Source: Saprospiraceae bacterium (GTDB lineage Bacteria; Bacteroidota; Bacteroidia; Chitinophagales; Saprospiraceae). From it: 44,572 nucleotides of DNA. The stretch covers positions 1 through 44,572 of the forward strand of contig JAHDII010000002.1 in assembly GCA_020630895.1 (NCBI GenBank). Direction: 5' to 3'. The position numbers and the translations under genes are program-made. Positions 17,273 to 26,531 of this stretch are shown here, piece after piece. A model generated the notes under the pieces. It searched no databases. It had not been told where the DNA came from and was given only the letters and a program-made list of their open reading frames with translations. The stretch's first letter is position 1. Each line of letters opens with the position of its first letter.

Positions 17273-17794
17273 ATGAAAAAAGTTTTCAATATTCAATCTC
17301 CATTTTTTTTACTATTTTTTTCTTTTTTTCTTTTGACTTCCTTTTCTCCTTCTGAAAAAGTAAAGTGGAAAAAATATTCTTCTACAAAATATCAGTTTAA
17401 GGTTAAATTTCCTGCAGCAGTTGATGAGTCTATAAGTGAGGAAGATGGTATAACTACTCTAAAACTGAATTCTAAAATTAATAAAAATGCTTTTTTATTT
17501 TATTGTACAGAACATACCACACCTCTAGCAAATATAGATTCTAAATCTTTAGCGGAAGAAGCCTTAAAAGGTTTTTCTAGTGCGTTAGGAGCAAAAAAAA
17601 TAGACTCAAGCGATTGGTCATATAAAGGACATGCAGGGAAACAAGCTTCTTTTAGTAATAATGAAATTAGAGTAGATTATAGAGTTGTTATTATTGGACA
17701 AAATCAATATCAAGCTATGGTAACTTCTAGGAAAACAGATTTTAAAAATGACTTAGCTCAAAAATTCTTTAAATCTATCAAAATAAAAAAATAA
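17273..17794 (+). CDS. hypothetical secreted protein
   Basis: Signal peptide present. I recognised no family. Confidence 0.5.
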   Translation: MKKVFNIQSPFFLLFFSFFLLTSFSPSEKVKWKKYSSTKYQFKVKFPAAVDESISEEDGITTLKLNSKINKNAFLFYCTEHTTPLANIDSKSLAEEALKGFSSALGAKKIDSSDWSYKGHAGKQASFSNNEIRVDYRVVIIGQNQYQAMVTSRKTDFKNDLAQKFFKSIKIKK

Positions 17795-17836
17795 AGTTAA
17801 TATTATTATTCACCCTTTTATTTTAATTCTTGAGCT

Positions 17837-19786
17837 ATGAAACAAATATTCACGTTACTTTCTTTATTCATCATAATTGGGCTTTTTGCTTTTTCCATAT
17901 CTAATATTAATATCAGTGGTATCATTAATTCTTATGCTGCTGTAACTAATATTAGTGATGGTGTTGCTTGTTCTTCAATTTTAGATGTAGATGATACTAA
18001 TGGTTTTTCTGTTGGAGATTATTGTTTATTAATACAAATGCAAGGAGCGGAAATTGATGAAACCAATTCAGCAAATTTTGGTAATATTAATAATTTGAAT
18101 AGTGCTGGATTGCATGAAAAAATTCAAATTTCAGCTATTAATGGAAATCAAATTACTACTGCGGCAAGTCTTCTTTATTCTTATCAAATTGAAGGAAAAG
18201 TTCAAATCGTACGAATTGCAACATATGAAGATGCCACAATAACGGATGATGTTGTTGCAATGGATTGGAATGGTTCAAAAGGAGGTATTATTGCTATGGA
18301 AGTTTCAGGTACACTGACCTTACAAGCTAATATTAGTGCTGATTCTAGCGGCTTTAGAGGAGGAAAAAGAGCAGTAGCTTCTAGTAGTTGTAGTTCTTTT
18401 ACTTTTTTAAATGATTATTATTATCCTATTAATAGTTGGGAAAGTGAAAAAAAAGGAGAAGGAATTGCTCTTCGTATATCAGGAAAAGAATTAGGTCGAG
18501 GAGCTCAAGCTAATGGCGGGGGTGGAGGAAATGATCATAATTCTGGTGGCGGCGGTGGTGCTGGATTTTCAATAGGAGGAAGAGGAGGAGAAAATATCGA
18601 TTCTGGACTATTTAATTGTCAAGGAAGTTATCCTGGAGAAGGAGGAAAAATTCCTTCTTTTTCTGATCAAAGATTATTTTTAGGCGGTGGTGGTGGTGCT
18701 GGACATGATAATAATGATGCGGGATCTGATGGTGGACAAGGAGGAGGAATTATTTTTATTTCTGCTAATGCAATAGAAGGGAATAATTATAATATTTCTG
18801 CGGATGGACAAAATGTTATGAGTACAATAAGTTTGGATGGCGGCGGCGGCGGCGGTGGCGGCGGTTCTATTATTTTGGAAAATAATTCCATTAATTCTAA
18901 TGTTATAGTCAATGCTCAGGGAGGAAAAGGAAGTGATGTTTCTTCTAAAAACCAACAACGCTGCATGGGACCTGGTGGTGGCGGTGGCGGCGGTATTATA
19001 TATACCAATGTTACTACAATGATTACAGCTAATACAAATGGAGGAATTGCAGGAATTATTACAAATTCTAGTGGTGGTTGTAATGGTAGTAATAATAATG
19101 CTCAGGCAGGAGGAAACGGTATGCTTACTTCTTTAATTTCTCTCCCTGAAAATATTGCACCAGAAATAGGTAGTGAAACATATACAGGTTGTCCTAATGA
19201 TGGATATAGTATAGTCGTTAATAATACCACTTATGATATTACGAATCCTACAGGACAAGAAATTATTGTTGACGGAGCAGTTAATGGTTGTGATTCTATT
19301 GTTGATATTAATTTGACTTTTCATCCTGCGATGAGTATCAGTCATACACAAGACGTTAATAATATAACGATTCATGTAGTTGGAGGCACTGCTCCTTTTT
19401 CTTATTCTTGGAGTAATACAAATACTGGAGAGATGAATGAATTAAATAGTTCAGGAAATTATACCGTAACAGTTACTGATGCTAATGGTTGTAATGATAT
19501 TTATGATTTTTCTTTTCAAGTGACTTCTTTAGAAGATATAAAAAATGATTTAGGAATTTCTGTTATGCCTAATCCAGCGAATCAATTTTTAATTTTAGAA
19601 GCTTTAAATATTCAAGAAAATACTATTATTTTTATTTCTGATATCAGTGGTAAAAAAATATGGAACACTATTTGGAATGGTAATATATTGAATATTGATA
19701 CTCAACAATTTTCTAATGGGATTTATTTATTGAGTATTCAATCTGAGAAAAAAATATATACTGGAAAGATTTCCATTATTCATTAA
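17837..19786 (+). CDS. secreted glycine-rich (polyglycine-run) protein with an SprB-like repeat and T9SS C-terminal domain
   Basis: Runs include GGGGGNDHNSGGGGGAG, GGGGGAGHDNNDAGSDGGQGGG, DGGGGGGGGGS and GPGGGGGGG. An SprB-type repeat reads GGTAPFSYSWSNTNTGE...YTVTVTDANGC. The C-terminus MPNPANQFLILE...GIYLLSI is a T9SS CTD. Confidence 0.8.
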   Translation: MKQIFTLLSLFIIIGLFAFSISNINISGIINSYAAVTNISDGVACSSILDVDDTNGFSVGDYCLLIQMQGAEIDETNSANFGNINNLNSAGLHEKIQISAINGNQITTAASLLYSYQIEGKVQIVRIATYEDATITDDVVAMDWNGSKGGIIAMEVSGTLTLQANISADSSGFRGGKRAVASSSCSSFTFLNDYYYPINSWESEKKGEGIALRISGKELGRGAQANGGGGGNDHNSGGGGGAGFSIGGRGGENIDSGLFNCQGSYPGEGGKIPSFSDQRLFLGGGGGAGHDNNDAGSDGGQGGGIIFISANAIEGNNYNISADGQNVMSTISLDGGGGGGGGGSIILENNSINSNVIVNAQGGKGSDVSSKNQQRCMGPGGGGGGGIIYTNVTTMITANTNGGIAGIITNSSGGCNGSNNNAQAGGNGMLTSLISLPENIAPEIGSETYTGCPNDGYSIVVNNTTYDITNPTGQEIIVDGAVNGCDSIVDINLTFHPAMSISHTQDVNNITIHVVGGTAPFSYSWSNTNTGEMNELNSSGNYTVTVTDANGCNDIYDFSFQVTSLEDIKNDLGISVMPNPANQFLILEALNIQENTIIFISDISGKKIWNTIWNGNILNIDTQQFSNGIYLLSIQSEKKIYTGKISIIH

Positions 19787-19791
19787 TAAAC

Positions 19792-19840
19792 ATAATTAGG
19801 AATTGTTTTTTATAAAAAACAATTCCTAATTATCTAATAT
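19792..19840 (+). terminator. rho-independent terminator
   Basis: Near-perfect 20-bp palindrome ataattaggaattgtttttt / aaaaaacaattcctaattat, with a T-rich tail. Confidence 0.75.
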
Positions 19841-19846
19841 TTTTTG

Positions 19847-19987
19847 ATGAAACCATTTGCTATTTTTATGATTATACTTGTAGTGATTGCAACAAGTATA
19901 AGAGCTTTCAAAATGTATAAAATTGATAGTAACGCAAAAAAAATGCGTAAACAAAAAAAAATAGAACAAGGGAAAAATAAAAATTAA
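19847..19987 (+). CDS. possible small membrane protein (46 aa)
   Basis: My own translation gives MKPFAIFMIILVVIATSIRAFKMYKIDSNAKKMRKQKKIEQGKNKN, with one TM helix and a basic tail. It is below the ORF-track length cut-off. Confidence 0.3.
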   Translation: MKPFAIFMIILVVIATSIRAFKMYKIDSNAKKMRKQKKIEQGKNKN

Positions 19988-19999
19988 AAATTTTATTTT

Positions 20000-21268
20000 T
20001 TAATGTTCGTGTTTTAATTGTCCTATTTTAGATTGAGCATCTACAAAATGAGCTGCTTGAATTACAATTTTTTCATTGTCATTTAATTCATCAATTAATT
20101 GTACTGCGGTAAAACCATTATTAGAATTTCCTTTAATAATTCTTTTTTTAGAAAATTCCATTTCATCGTTTTTATTATATCCTGTTGTAGTATAAATGAT
20201 ATAATTTTCAGCATCTTTAAAAATGGTATTTTCAGGTAATGCTTTTACCGTAGAATTATTCAACCAAATTTTAGCACGCAAAAACATATCTTTAATAAAT
20301 TTTGGTTTTTTTCCTACAAGATGAGCATGAATATTTATTGTTTTATTTTCAGGATCAAATTCTTTTCCTATAACAAATATTTTTGCTTTATATTCTTGAA
20401 CTCCTAAAGCAGGAATGGTATAAGTCAAAGTTTGTCCTTTTTTTAATAAAGAAATATCTTTTTCAAAAACATTTAATTCCAAATGTAAATGATCTTCATT
20501 TACAATTTCCATCATTTCTTTTTCTGGTGTAATATACATTCCATTATGAAAATCTACTTTTGAAATATAACCAGAAATAGGAGCAATAATAGAAACACTT
20601 TCTCTAATTTCATTAGCGGAATTAGGAAAAGGAATATCTAAATAAGTAAAATACTTTTCTAAACTTTTAATTTGAATTTCTTTAATAGCAACCTGATGTT
20701 GAACATCATCTAATTTTGCTTGAACTCCAGCATTTTCATTCATTAAATTTTGTTGCCTTTTTAATTCTTTAAATAAATACGACAACTCAGCTTTATGTTC
20801 TAAATATTCTTTTTGTTTTTCTATAAATTGTATATTTTCTAATTTGGCGATTATGGTACCTTTTTTTATAAAATTCACTTCAACATATTCTCCACTTTCG
20901 CTTAAAAAACCTTCTTTTTTTGTATTCACTGAAACATAAGAATTTGGTGGCATACTTAAAGAACCTGTTGCAGCAACAAAATCATTAATTTTAATATCAG
21001 AAAAAGATCCTAATTTTAAATCAATCGTTTCTATTTGTTTTTTTGTGAGATGTAAACTTTCATCATGATTTCCATGATCATGTCCGTGATCATGATCTAA
21101 AAAACTTAAATCTTCTTCTTCTGTTTTTTTTGTACTTTCTTTTTCATGTGCACTATGATCATGCCCACTGTGGTCATGTCCACTATGATCATGAGAACTA
21201 TGATCGTGACCACAGGAACTTATCAAAAATACAAGTACAAAAAATATATTTATTTTACAATTCATCAT
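20000..21268 (-). CDS. czcB: heavy-metal efflux RND periplasmic adaptor (CzcB/CusB, HlyD family) lipoprotein with His-rich N-terminus
   Basis: Lipobox LISSC, then (HDHSx)4 and DHDHGHDHGNHDE. Coiled-coil and barrel-sandwich regions are typical of membrane-fusion proteins. Lies directly downstream of the RND permease. Confidence 0.85.
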   Translation of the reverse strand: MMNCKINIFFVLVFLISSCGHDHSSHDHSGHDHSGHDHSAHEKESTKKTEEEDLSFLDHDHGHDHGNHDESLHLTKKQIETIDLKLGSFSDIKINDFVAATGSLSMPPNSYVSVNTKKEGFLSESGEYVEVNFIKKGTIIAKLENIQFIEKQKEYLEHKAELSYLFKELKRQQNLMNENAGVQAKLDDVQHQVAIKEIQIKSLEKYFTYLDIPFPNSANEIRESVSIIAPISGYISKVDFHNGMYITPEKEMMEIVNEDHLHLELNVFEKDISLLKKGQTLTYTIPALGVQEYKAKIFVIGKEFDPENKTINIHAHLVGKKPKFIKDMFLRAKIWLNNSTVKALPENTIFKDAENYIIYTTTGYNKNDEMEFSKKRIIKGNSNNGFTAVQLIDELNDNEKIVIQAAHFVDAQSKIGQLKHEH

Positions 21269-21277
21269 ATTATTATA

Positions 21278-24200
21278 TCATCCATTATAAAATTGAATTT
21301 CGATTGCAGTATAATTGTATAAAATTATTTGTTCAAAATATTTTAACTGATGATTTCCATAATTATCTAAAATAGTTAAATATTCTAAATAAGAAATTTC
21401 TCCTGCTTTATAATTTAATTGAGCGACTCTAATTTGTTCTTGAAAATTATTTTTTAATTGTTGAGAATAGAATTGAATTCCACTTTCGTATAATTGCAAC
21501 ATGGCTTCCCATTCATTTATTTTTTGCTGGGCCATGATATTTTTAGTTTCTACATTTTTTTGAATAATATTAGATTTTAATTTTTCTGCTTCAACTTCTT
21601 TTTTAGAATAATGATCAAAAATAGGAACGGTAACACTGGCTTGAATACCGCTTCTAAATCCAAATTCAAAATAATTTTGTAGAGCATATCCTATTTTAAA
21701 ACTAGGCTTTCTTTGAGCTTCTAATAGTTCGACATCTGCTTGATTGAGATTCATTAATTGTTGAAGATATAACACATTTGCTAAGGAATCTTTTGTTGTT
21801 GTAATATTTATTTTTTCTAAATTTTCTTCAGGAATTATTTTTTTATTGGATGTTAAAAATGTGTTGAATTTGTTTTCTAATAATTCTATTTTTTGTTTTG
21901 CCTGATTTTGAAGTAATTGATATTCATTTTTTTTCAATAAAATACTATTTTTTTCTAAAGAATTAGCAACTCCTGATTTAAATCGAGATTCTGCTATTTT
22001 AAAAAATGTATCATAATCTTTTATGATATTATTATAGATGTTTAATATTTCTTTTTGATATTGAATATCAAAATATAATTGACTAATTTCTTTTTTTAAA
22101 TTATTTTTTAATATCTCATTTTTTGCACTAATAGCTTTTATTTTTTCTTCTTGAATTTTATTTTTTGTTTTAATTATTTTAGGATGAGGAATTTCTTGAC
22201 TAATTCCTATTTGATTTTGAAAAACATCATCATATTGAAATAAACCATCTCCTTCATAATAAAATTCTGTATCTCCTAAACTATATTTAATATTCGTTAA
22301 ACTTTTGGCTTGTTGAATTTCTGCTTGAGCAATTTGTAAAGAAGGATGATTTTCTACAATTATTTTTTGTACATCTTCTAAAGAAATAGTTTCTTGAGCA
22401 TGGATATGATAAAAATTAAAACTAAAAAATAAAATTATCATTATATTTTTATTCATTTTGATTTTAATTTTTTCTTGAAAAATAGATAACCAATAATATA
22501 AAATAGGAAGTACAAATAAAGTTAAAATAGTTGTAGTAATTAAACCACCTATAACTACCGTTGCTAAAGGTCTTTGTACTTCTGCTCCACCTGATGTAGA
22601 AATTGCCATAGGCAAAAAACCTAGAGAAGCAACCGCAGCCGTCATTAATACAGGGCGTAATCGAATCGTTGTTCCTTGATAAATTCTATCATAAATATTT
22701 TTTATTCCTTCTTTTTTCAAAGCATTAAATTCAGCAATTAAAACAATACCATTTAATACTGCTACACCAAATAGTGCAATAAAACCAATTCCAGCAGAAA
22801 TACTAAAAGGCATCCCTCTTAATTCTAAAGCCCAAATTCCTCCAATAGCAGAAAGAGGAATAGCCACAAAAATTAAAGCCGCTTGTGCTATAGATTTAAA
22901 AGTAAAAAATAATAAAATAAAAATAAGTGCCAAACCAATAGGAACAGCAATTAATAATCGATCTTTTGCTGCTTGTAAATTTTCAAAAGTTCCTCCATAA
23001 GCAAAATAATATCCTGTGGGTAATTTTATATTTTTATTTAATTTCAATTGAATTTCTTTTACAATAGATTCCACATCTCGTGTTCCAACGTTTACTCCCA
23101 TTACAATTTTACGTTGTGTATTATCTCTAGAAATTTGCATAGGAGCTTCTTCTAAAGAAATTTGAGCTACTTTATGTAAAGGAATTACATTTCCATTAGG
23201 TAAAGAAATTAATAAATTAGAAACATCTTCTATTTTTTTTCTCTCCGATTGAGCTAAGCGAATCACTAAATCAAACTTTTTTTCTTGTTCATAAACAACA
23301 CCTGCCGTTTCTCCAGCAAAAGCCATTTTTATCATTTGATTAATATCATTAATTTTTAATCCATATTGTGCTAAATTTTCATAATGATATCGAACAATAA
23401 TTTGTGGCATTCCTACTGTTTGTTCTACATTTACAGAAGCAACGCCTTGTATTTTTTGTACTATTTTTTCTGCTTCTTTTGCTTTAGCATATAAAATTTC
23501 TAAATCATCACCATATAATTTAATTGCAATATCAGAACGTACTCCTGTCATTAATTCATTAAATCTCATTTGTATAGGTTGAGAATATTCGTACTGTACT
23601 CCAGGAATATTTTTTAATACTCGATTCATTTTAATATACATATCTCTTCGAGTATGTGCTGAAGTCCATTCTGCTTTGGGTTTCATAATGACCATTATAT
23701 CTCCAATTTCTACAGGCATGGGATCTGTAGGAATTTCAGCAGAACCAATTTTAGTAATGACATCAACGACTTCAGGGAAATTTTCTTTTAATTGAGTTTG
23801 AATTAAAAAAGAGATTTTGATACTTTGAGATAAAGAAGTTCCTGGAGGCAAAATTTGATGTAAGGCTAAATCTCCTTCTTCTAAAGTGGGAATAAATTCC
23901 GCGCCCATTTTTGAAAAAATATAAATGCTAAAAGAAAATAAAGCAATGACTAATACAATAATGAGCCATTTTACTTTCATGGCTAATTGTAATAAAGGTT
24001 GATAAATGGCATTACAAAAAGCAATAATTTTATCTGCAATATTTTTTTCATGTGTAATTTTCTTTTTTAATAATAATGCAGCCATCATTGGTACATAAGT
24101 CATAGATAAAATTAAAGCTCCTAAAATAGCAAAGCCTACAGTTAATGCCATAGGGCGAAACATTTTTCCTTCAATTCCTACTAAAGCTAAAATGGGTATA

Positions 24201-25573
24201 TATACCATTAGGATAATAATTTCTCCAAAAGCAGCAGAATTTCTTATTTTTTGACTTGCAGTAAGTACTTCTTGATCCATTTGTTTTGCTGTCAAATTTT
24301 GACCTCCAAAACGGGTATGTAATCTTAAAATAATGGCTTCTATAATAATGACAGCACCATCAACTATTAAACCAAAATCAATAGCTCCTAAACTCATTAA
24401 ATTGGCAGAAATACCAAAAATATTCATCATGGAAAGAGCAAAAAGCATAGATAAAGGAATGACTGATGCTACAATTAATCCTGCTCGAATATTTCCTAAT
24501 AATAGAATTAAAATAAAAATAACAATTAAACCTCCTTCTATTAAATTCGTTTGAACAGTTGAAATAGTTCTTTTGACTAAATCATCTCTAACTAAAAAAG
24601 GATATACTTCTACTCCTTCTGGAAGTGAAGAAGCGATTTGAGGTAAAATCGCTCTAATATCGTGAGTGACTTGAGCAGCATTAGCTCCCTTGAGCATCAT
24701 TGCCATTCCTCCTACAACTTCCTTTCCATTAGCGGTTAATGCTCCATAACGCGGTGCATACCCTATCTGAACAGTAGCTACATCTTTAATGATAATAGGA
24801 ACACCATTAGAAACTTTTACGACTATATTTTCTATATCTGATATTTTTTGAACTAATCCTTCTGCTCTGATATAATACGTATTTGTACCTTTTTCTATAT
24901 AGGCTCCTCCTGTATTAGAATTACTTCCTAATAGTGCATCATAAATTTCGGCTACTGTAATATTTTGAGCTTGTAGTTGGCTAGGAACAATAGCTACTTC
25001 ATATTGTTTTAAATACCCTCCAAAACTATTCACTTCTACCACTCCATCAATGGCTAAAATTTGTCTAGAAATAATCCAATCTTGGAAAGTTCTTAATTCT
25101 GTAGGGGAATATTTTTTTTCAAAACCTTTTTTAGCTCTTACAATATATTGAAATACTTCTCCCAATCCTGTTGATAAAGGTCCCATTTCTGGTGTTCCCA
25201 AACCTTCTGGTATTTCTTTAGAAACTTTTAGTAATTGTTCATTGACTAATTGTCGTGCTAAATAAATATCCATATCTTCCTCAAAAACAACAGTAACAAC
25301 AGATAAGCCAAAACGAGAAATAGAACGAATTTCTTCTAGTTGTTGCAAATTTTGTAAGGCTAATTCTACAGGATTCGTAATAAAACGCTCTACTTCTTGA
25401 GTTCCTAAAGAAGGGGAAGTTGTAATAACTTGTACTTGATTATTAGTGATATCTGGTACAGCATCTATAGGGAGTTGTTTCATAGAATATATTCCCCATC
25501 CTATTAATAAAAATATAATAATTCCTACAACAAATTTATTATGAATAGAATAGGCAATTATTTTATCAAACAT
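21278..25573 (-). CDS. czcA: CzcA/CusA-family heavy-metal RND permease continuous in frame with a TolC-like outer-membrane factor (about 1039 aa plus 392 aa)
   Basis: N-terminal AVPDITNNQVQVIT and a 12-TM RND architecture. After ...YYWLSIFQEKIKIK comes an internal MNKNIMIILFFSFNFYHIHAQ (signal-peptide-like, ATG at 22456), followed by a coiled-coil-rich TolC/CzcC-like sequence. Confidence 0.85.
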   Translation of the reverse strand: MFDKIIAYSIHNKFVVGIIIFLLIGWGIYSMKQLPIDAVPDITNNQVQVITTSPSLGTQEVERFITNPVELALQNLQQLEEIRSISRFGLSVVTVVFEEDMDIYLARQLVNEQLLKVSKEIPEGLGTPEMGPLSTGLGEVFQYIVRAKKGFEKKYSPTELRTFQDWIISRQILAIDGVVEVNSFGGYLKQYEVAIVPSQLQAQNITVAEIYDALLGSNSNTGGAYIEKGTNTYYIRAEGLVQKISDIENIVVKVSNGVPIIIKDVATVQIGYAPRYGALTANGKEVVGGMAMMLKGANAAQVTHDIRAILPQIASSLPEGVEVYPFLVRDDLVKRTISTVQTNLIEGGLIVIFILILLLGNIRAGLIVASVIPLSMLFALSMMNIFGISANLMSLGAIDFGLIVDGAVIIIEAIILRLHTRFGGQNLTAKQMDQEVLTASQKIRNSAAFGEIIILMVYIPILALVGIEGKMFRPMALTVGFAILGALILSMTYVPMMAALLLKKKITHEKNIADKIIAFCNAIYQPLLQLAMKVKWLIIVLVIALFSFSIYIFSKMGAEFIPTLEEGDLALHQILPPGTSLSQSIKISFLIQTQLKENFPEVVDVITKIGSAEIPTDPMPVEIGDIMVIMKPKAEWTSAHTRRDMYIKMNRVLKNIPGVQYEYSQPIQMRFNELMTGVRSDIAIKLYGDDLEILYAKAKEAEKIVQKIQGVASVNVEQTVGMPQIIVRYHYENLAQYGLKINDINQMIKMAFAGETAGVVYEQEKKFDLVIRLAQSERKKIEDVSNLLISLPNGNVIPLHKVAQISLEEAPMQISRDNTQRKIVMGVNVGTRDVESIVKEIQLKLNKNIKLPTGYYFAYGGTFENLQAAKDRLLIAVPIGLALIFILLFFTFKSIAQAALIFVAIPLSAIGGIWALELRGMPFSISAGIGFIALFGVAVLNGIVLIAEFNALKKEGIKNIYDRIYQGTTIRLRPVLMTAAVASLGFLPMAISTSGGAEVQRPLATVVIGGLITTTILTLFVLPILYYWLSIFQEKIKIKMNKNIMIILFFSFNFYHIHAQETISLEDVQKIIVENHPSLQIAQAEIQQAKSLTNIKYSLGDTEFYYEGDGLFQYDDVFQNQIGISQEIPHPKIIKTKNKIQEEKIKAISAKNEILKNNLKKEISQLYFDIQYQKEILNIYNNIIKDYDTFFKIAESRFKSGVANSLEKNSILLKKNEYQLLQNQAKQKIELLENKFNTFLTSNKKIIPEENLEKINITTTKDSLANVLYLQQLMNLNQADVELLEAQRKPSFKIGYALQNYFEFGFRSGIQASVTVPIFDHYSKKEVEAEKLKSNIIQKNVETKNIMAQQKINEWEAMLQLYESGIQFYSQQLKNNFQEQIRVAQLNYKAGEISYLEYLTILDNYGNHQLKYFEQIILYNYTAIEIQFYNG

Positions 25574-25736
25574 AATTTGAGATTATTACTGTATTGATTT
25601 ACTAATAAACAAAGATAAGCAATAAATGCTGCAACTCAATTGCATTAAATGGGTATTTTATAATTTATTTAAGATCATCATTGATCAATTTATAATACCT
25701 TTGTTTTTTATTTTCATATTATAAAATGCTTTTCTA

Positions 25737-26276
25737 ATGTTATCCAAACGTATCTTTTATACTAGTAGTATTATTCTATTTATTTTATCAATATATTCTT
25801 TTTCAAATTTTTCTCTTCAAAAAGAAGAAACTATTGTTGCTGATAAAACAAAAGTTGGAGATAAAATTCCTTCTTTTTCATTTGAAGCTACAGATGGAAA
25901 AACCTATTCTATTTCTGATTTTGAAGGGAAAGTAGTTTGGCTCAATTTTTTTGCTACTTGGTGTGGTCCCTGTATTAGAGAAATTCCTCATTTAAAAAAA
26001 TTACAAGAAGAATATGGAGATAAATTAGTAGTTATTGGAATTGGAAGGGAACATGATATTAATGTTTGTAAATCTTTTGAGAAAAAGATGAGAATTGATT
26101 ATATTTTAGGCGCCGATCCTGATAGAAGTATTTTTAATTTATTTGCGGATCGTTCTATTCCTAGAAATTATGTTATTGATACAAAGGGAATTATTAAAAT
26201 TCAAGAAAAAGGATATTCTCCAGAATTATTTAAAATATTAAAGGATAAGTTAAAAAAGATTATGGATGAAAATTAA
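25737..26276 (+). CDS. TlpA/ResA-like thiol:disulfide oxidoreductase (thioredoxin fold)
   Basis: N-terminal anchor, and the active site FFATWCGPCIREIPHL. Confidence 0.85.
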   Translation: MLSKRIFYTSSIILFILSIYSFSNFSLQKEETIVADKTKVGDKIPSFSFEATDGKTYSISDFEGKVVWLNFFATWCGPCIREIPHLKKLQEEYGDKLVVIGIGREHDINVCKSFEKKMRIDYILGADPDRSIFNLFADRSIPRNYVIDTKGIIKIQEKGYSPELFKILKDKLKKIMDEN

Positions 26277-26531
26277 GAATTTTTATTTGTCCTTTTTCTT
26301 GATAAAAAGGACGAAAAATCAAGACTGTATTCAATTTTTAACGTGAAAAAAGATTGAAAATTTTAAATGAAATAAAACGCGCTTTCAATTTTTTTATTTT
26401 ATGTTTTACTTGGGGAAATATTTTAGAACAGTTTCTTTTTTATCTTTTTACTAAATTGAATAAGGTCAATCTTTAAAAACATTTAGTAATCAAGATAAGC
26501 ATTAAAAATAATATAAATAGTCGATCATTTT

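Noticed and set aside
18840-18866. GGC/GGT microsatellite considered as a phase-variation switch
   Set aside because: The repeat unit is a triplet, so length change stays in frame and would alter Gly-run length rather than switch the gene on or off.
25640-25694. Short palindromes (tgcaa..ttgca; gatca-tca-ttgatc) in the czcA/redoxin divergent region, considered as metal-regulator operators
   Set aside because: The arms are only 5 bp in AT-rich DNA, no regulator gene is adjacent, and chance occurrence is likely.
26289-26324. Two mutually exclusive hairpins after the redoxin gene (gtccttttt/aaaaaggac and tcttgat/atcaaga), considered as a terminator/antiterminator switch
   Set aside because: Neither strand has a U tract after either stem, and there is no recognisable leader peptide or riboswitch core. 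This may be a weak terminator only.
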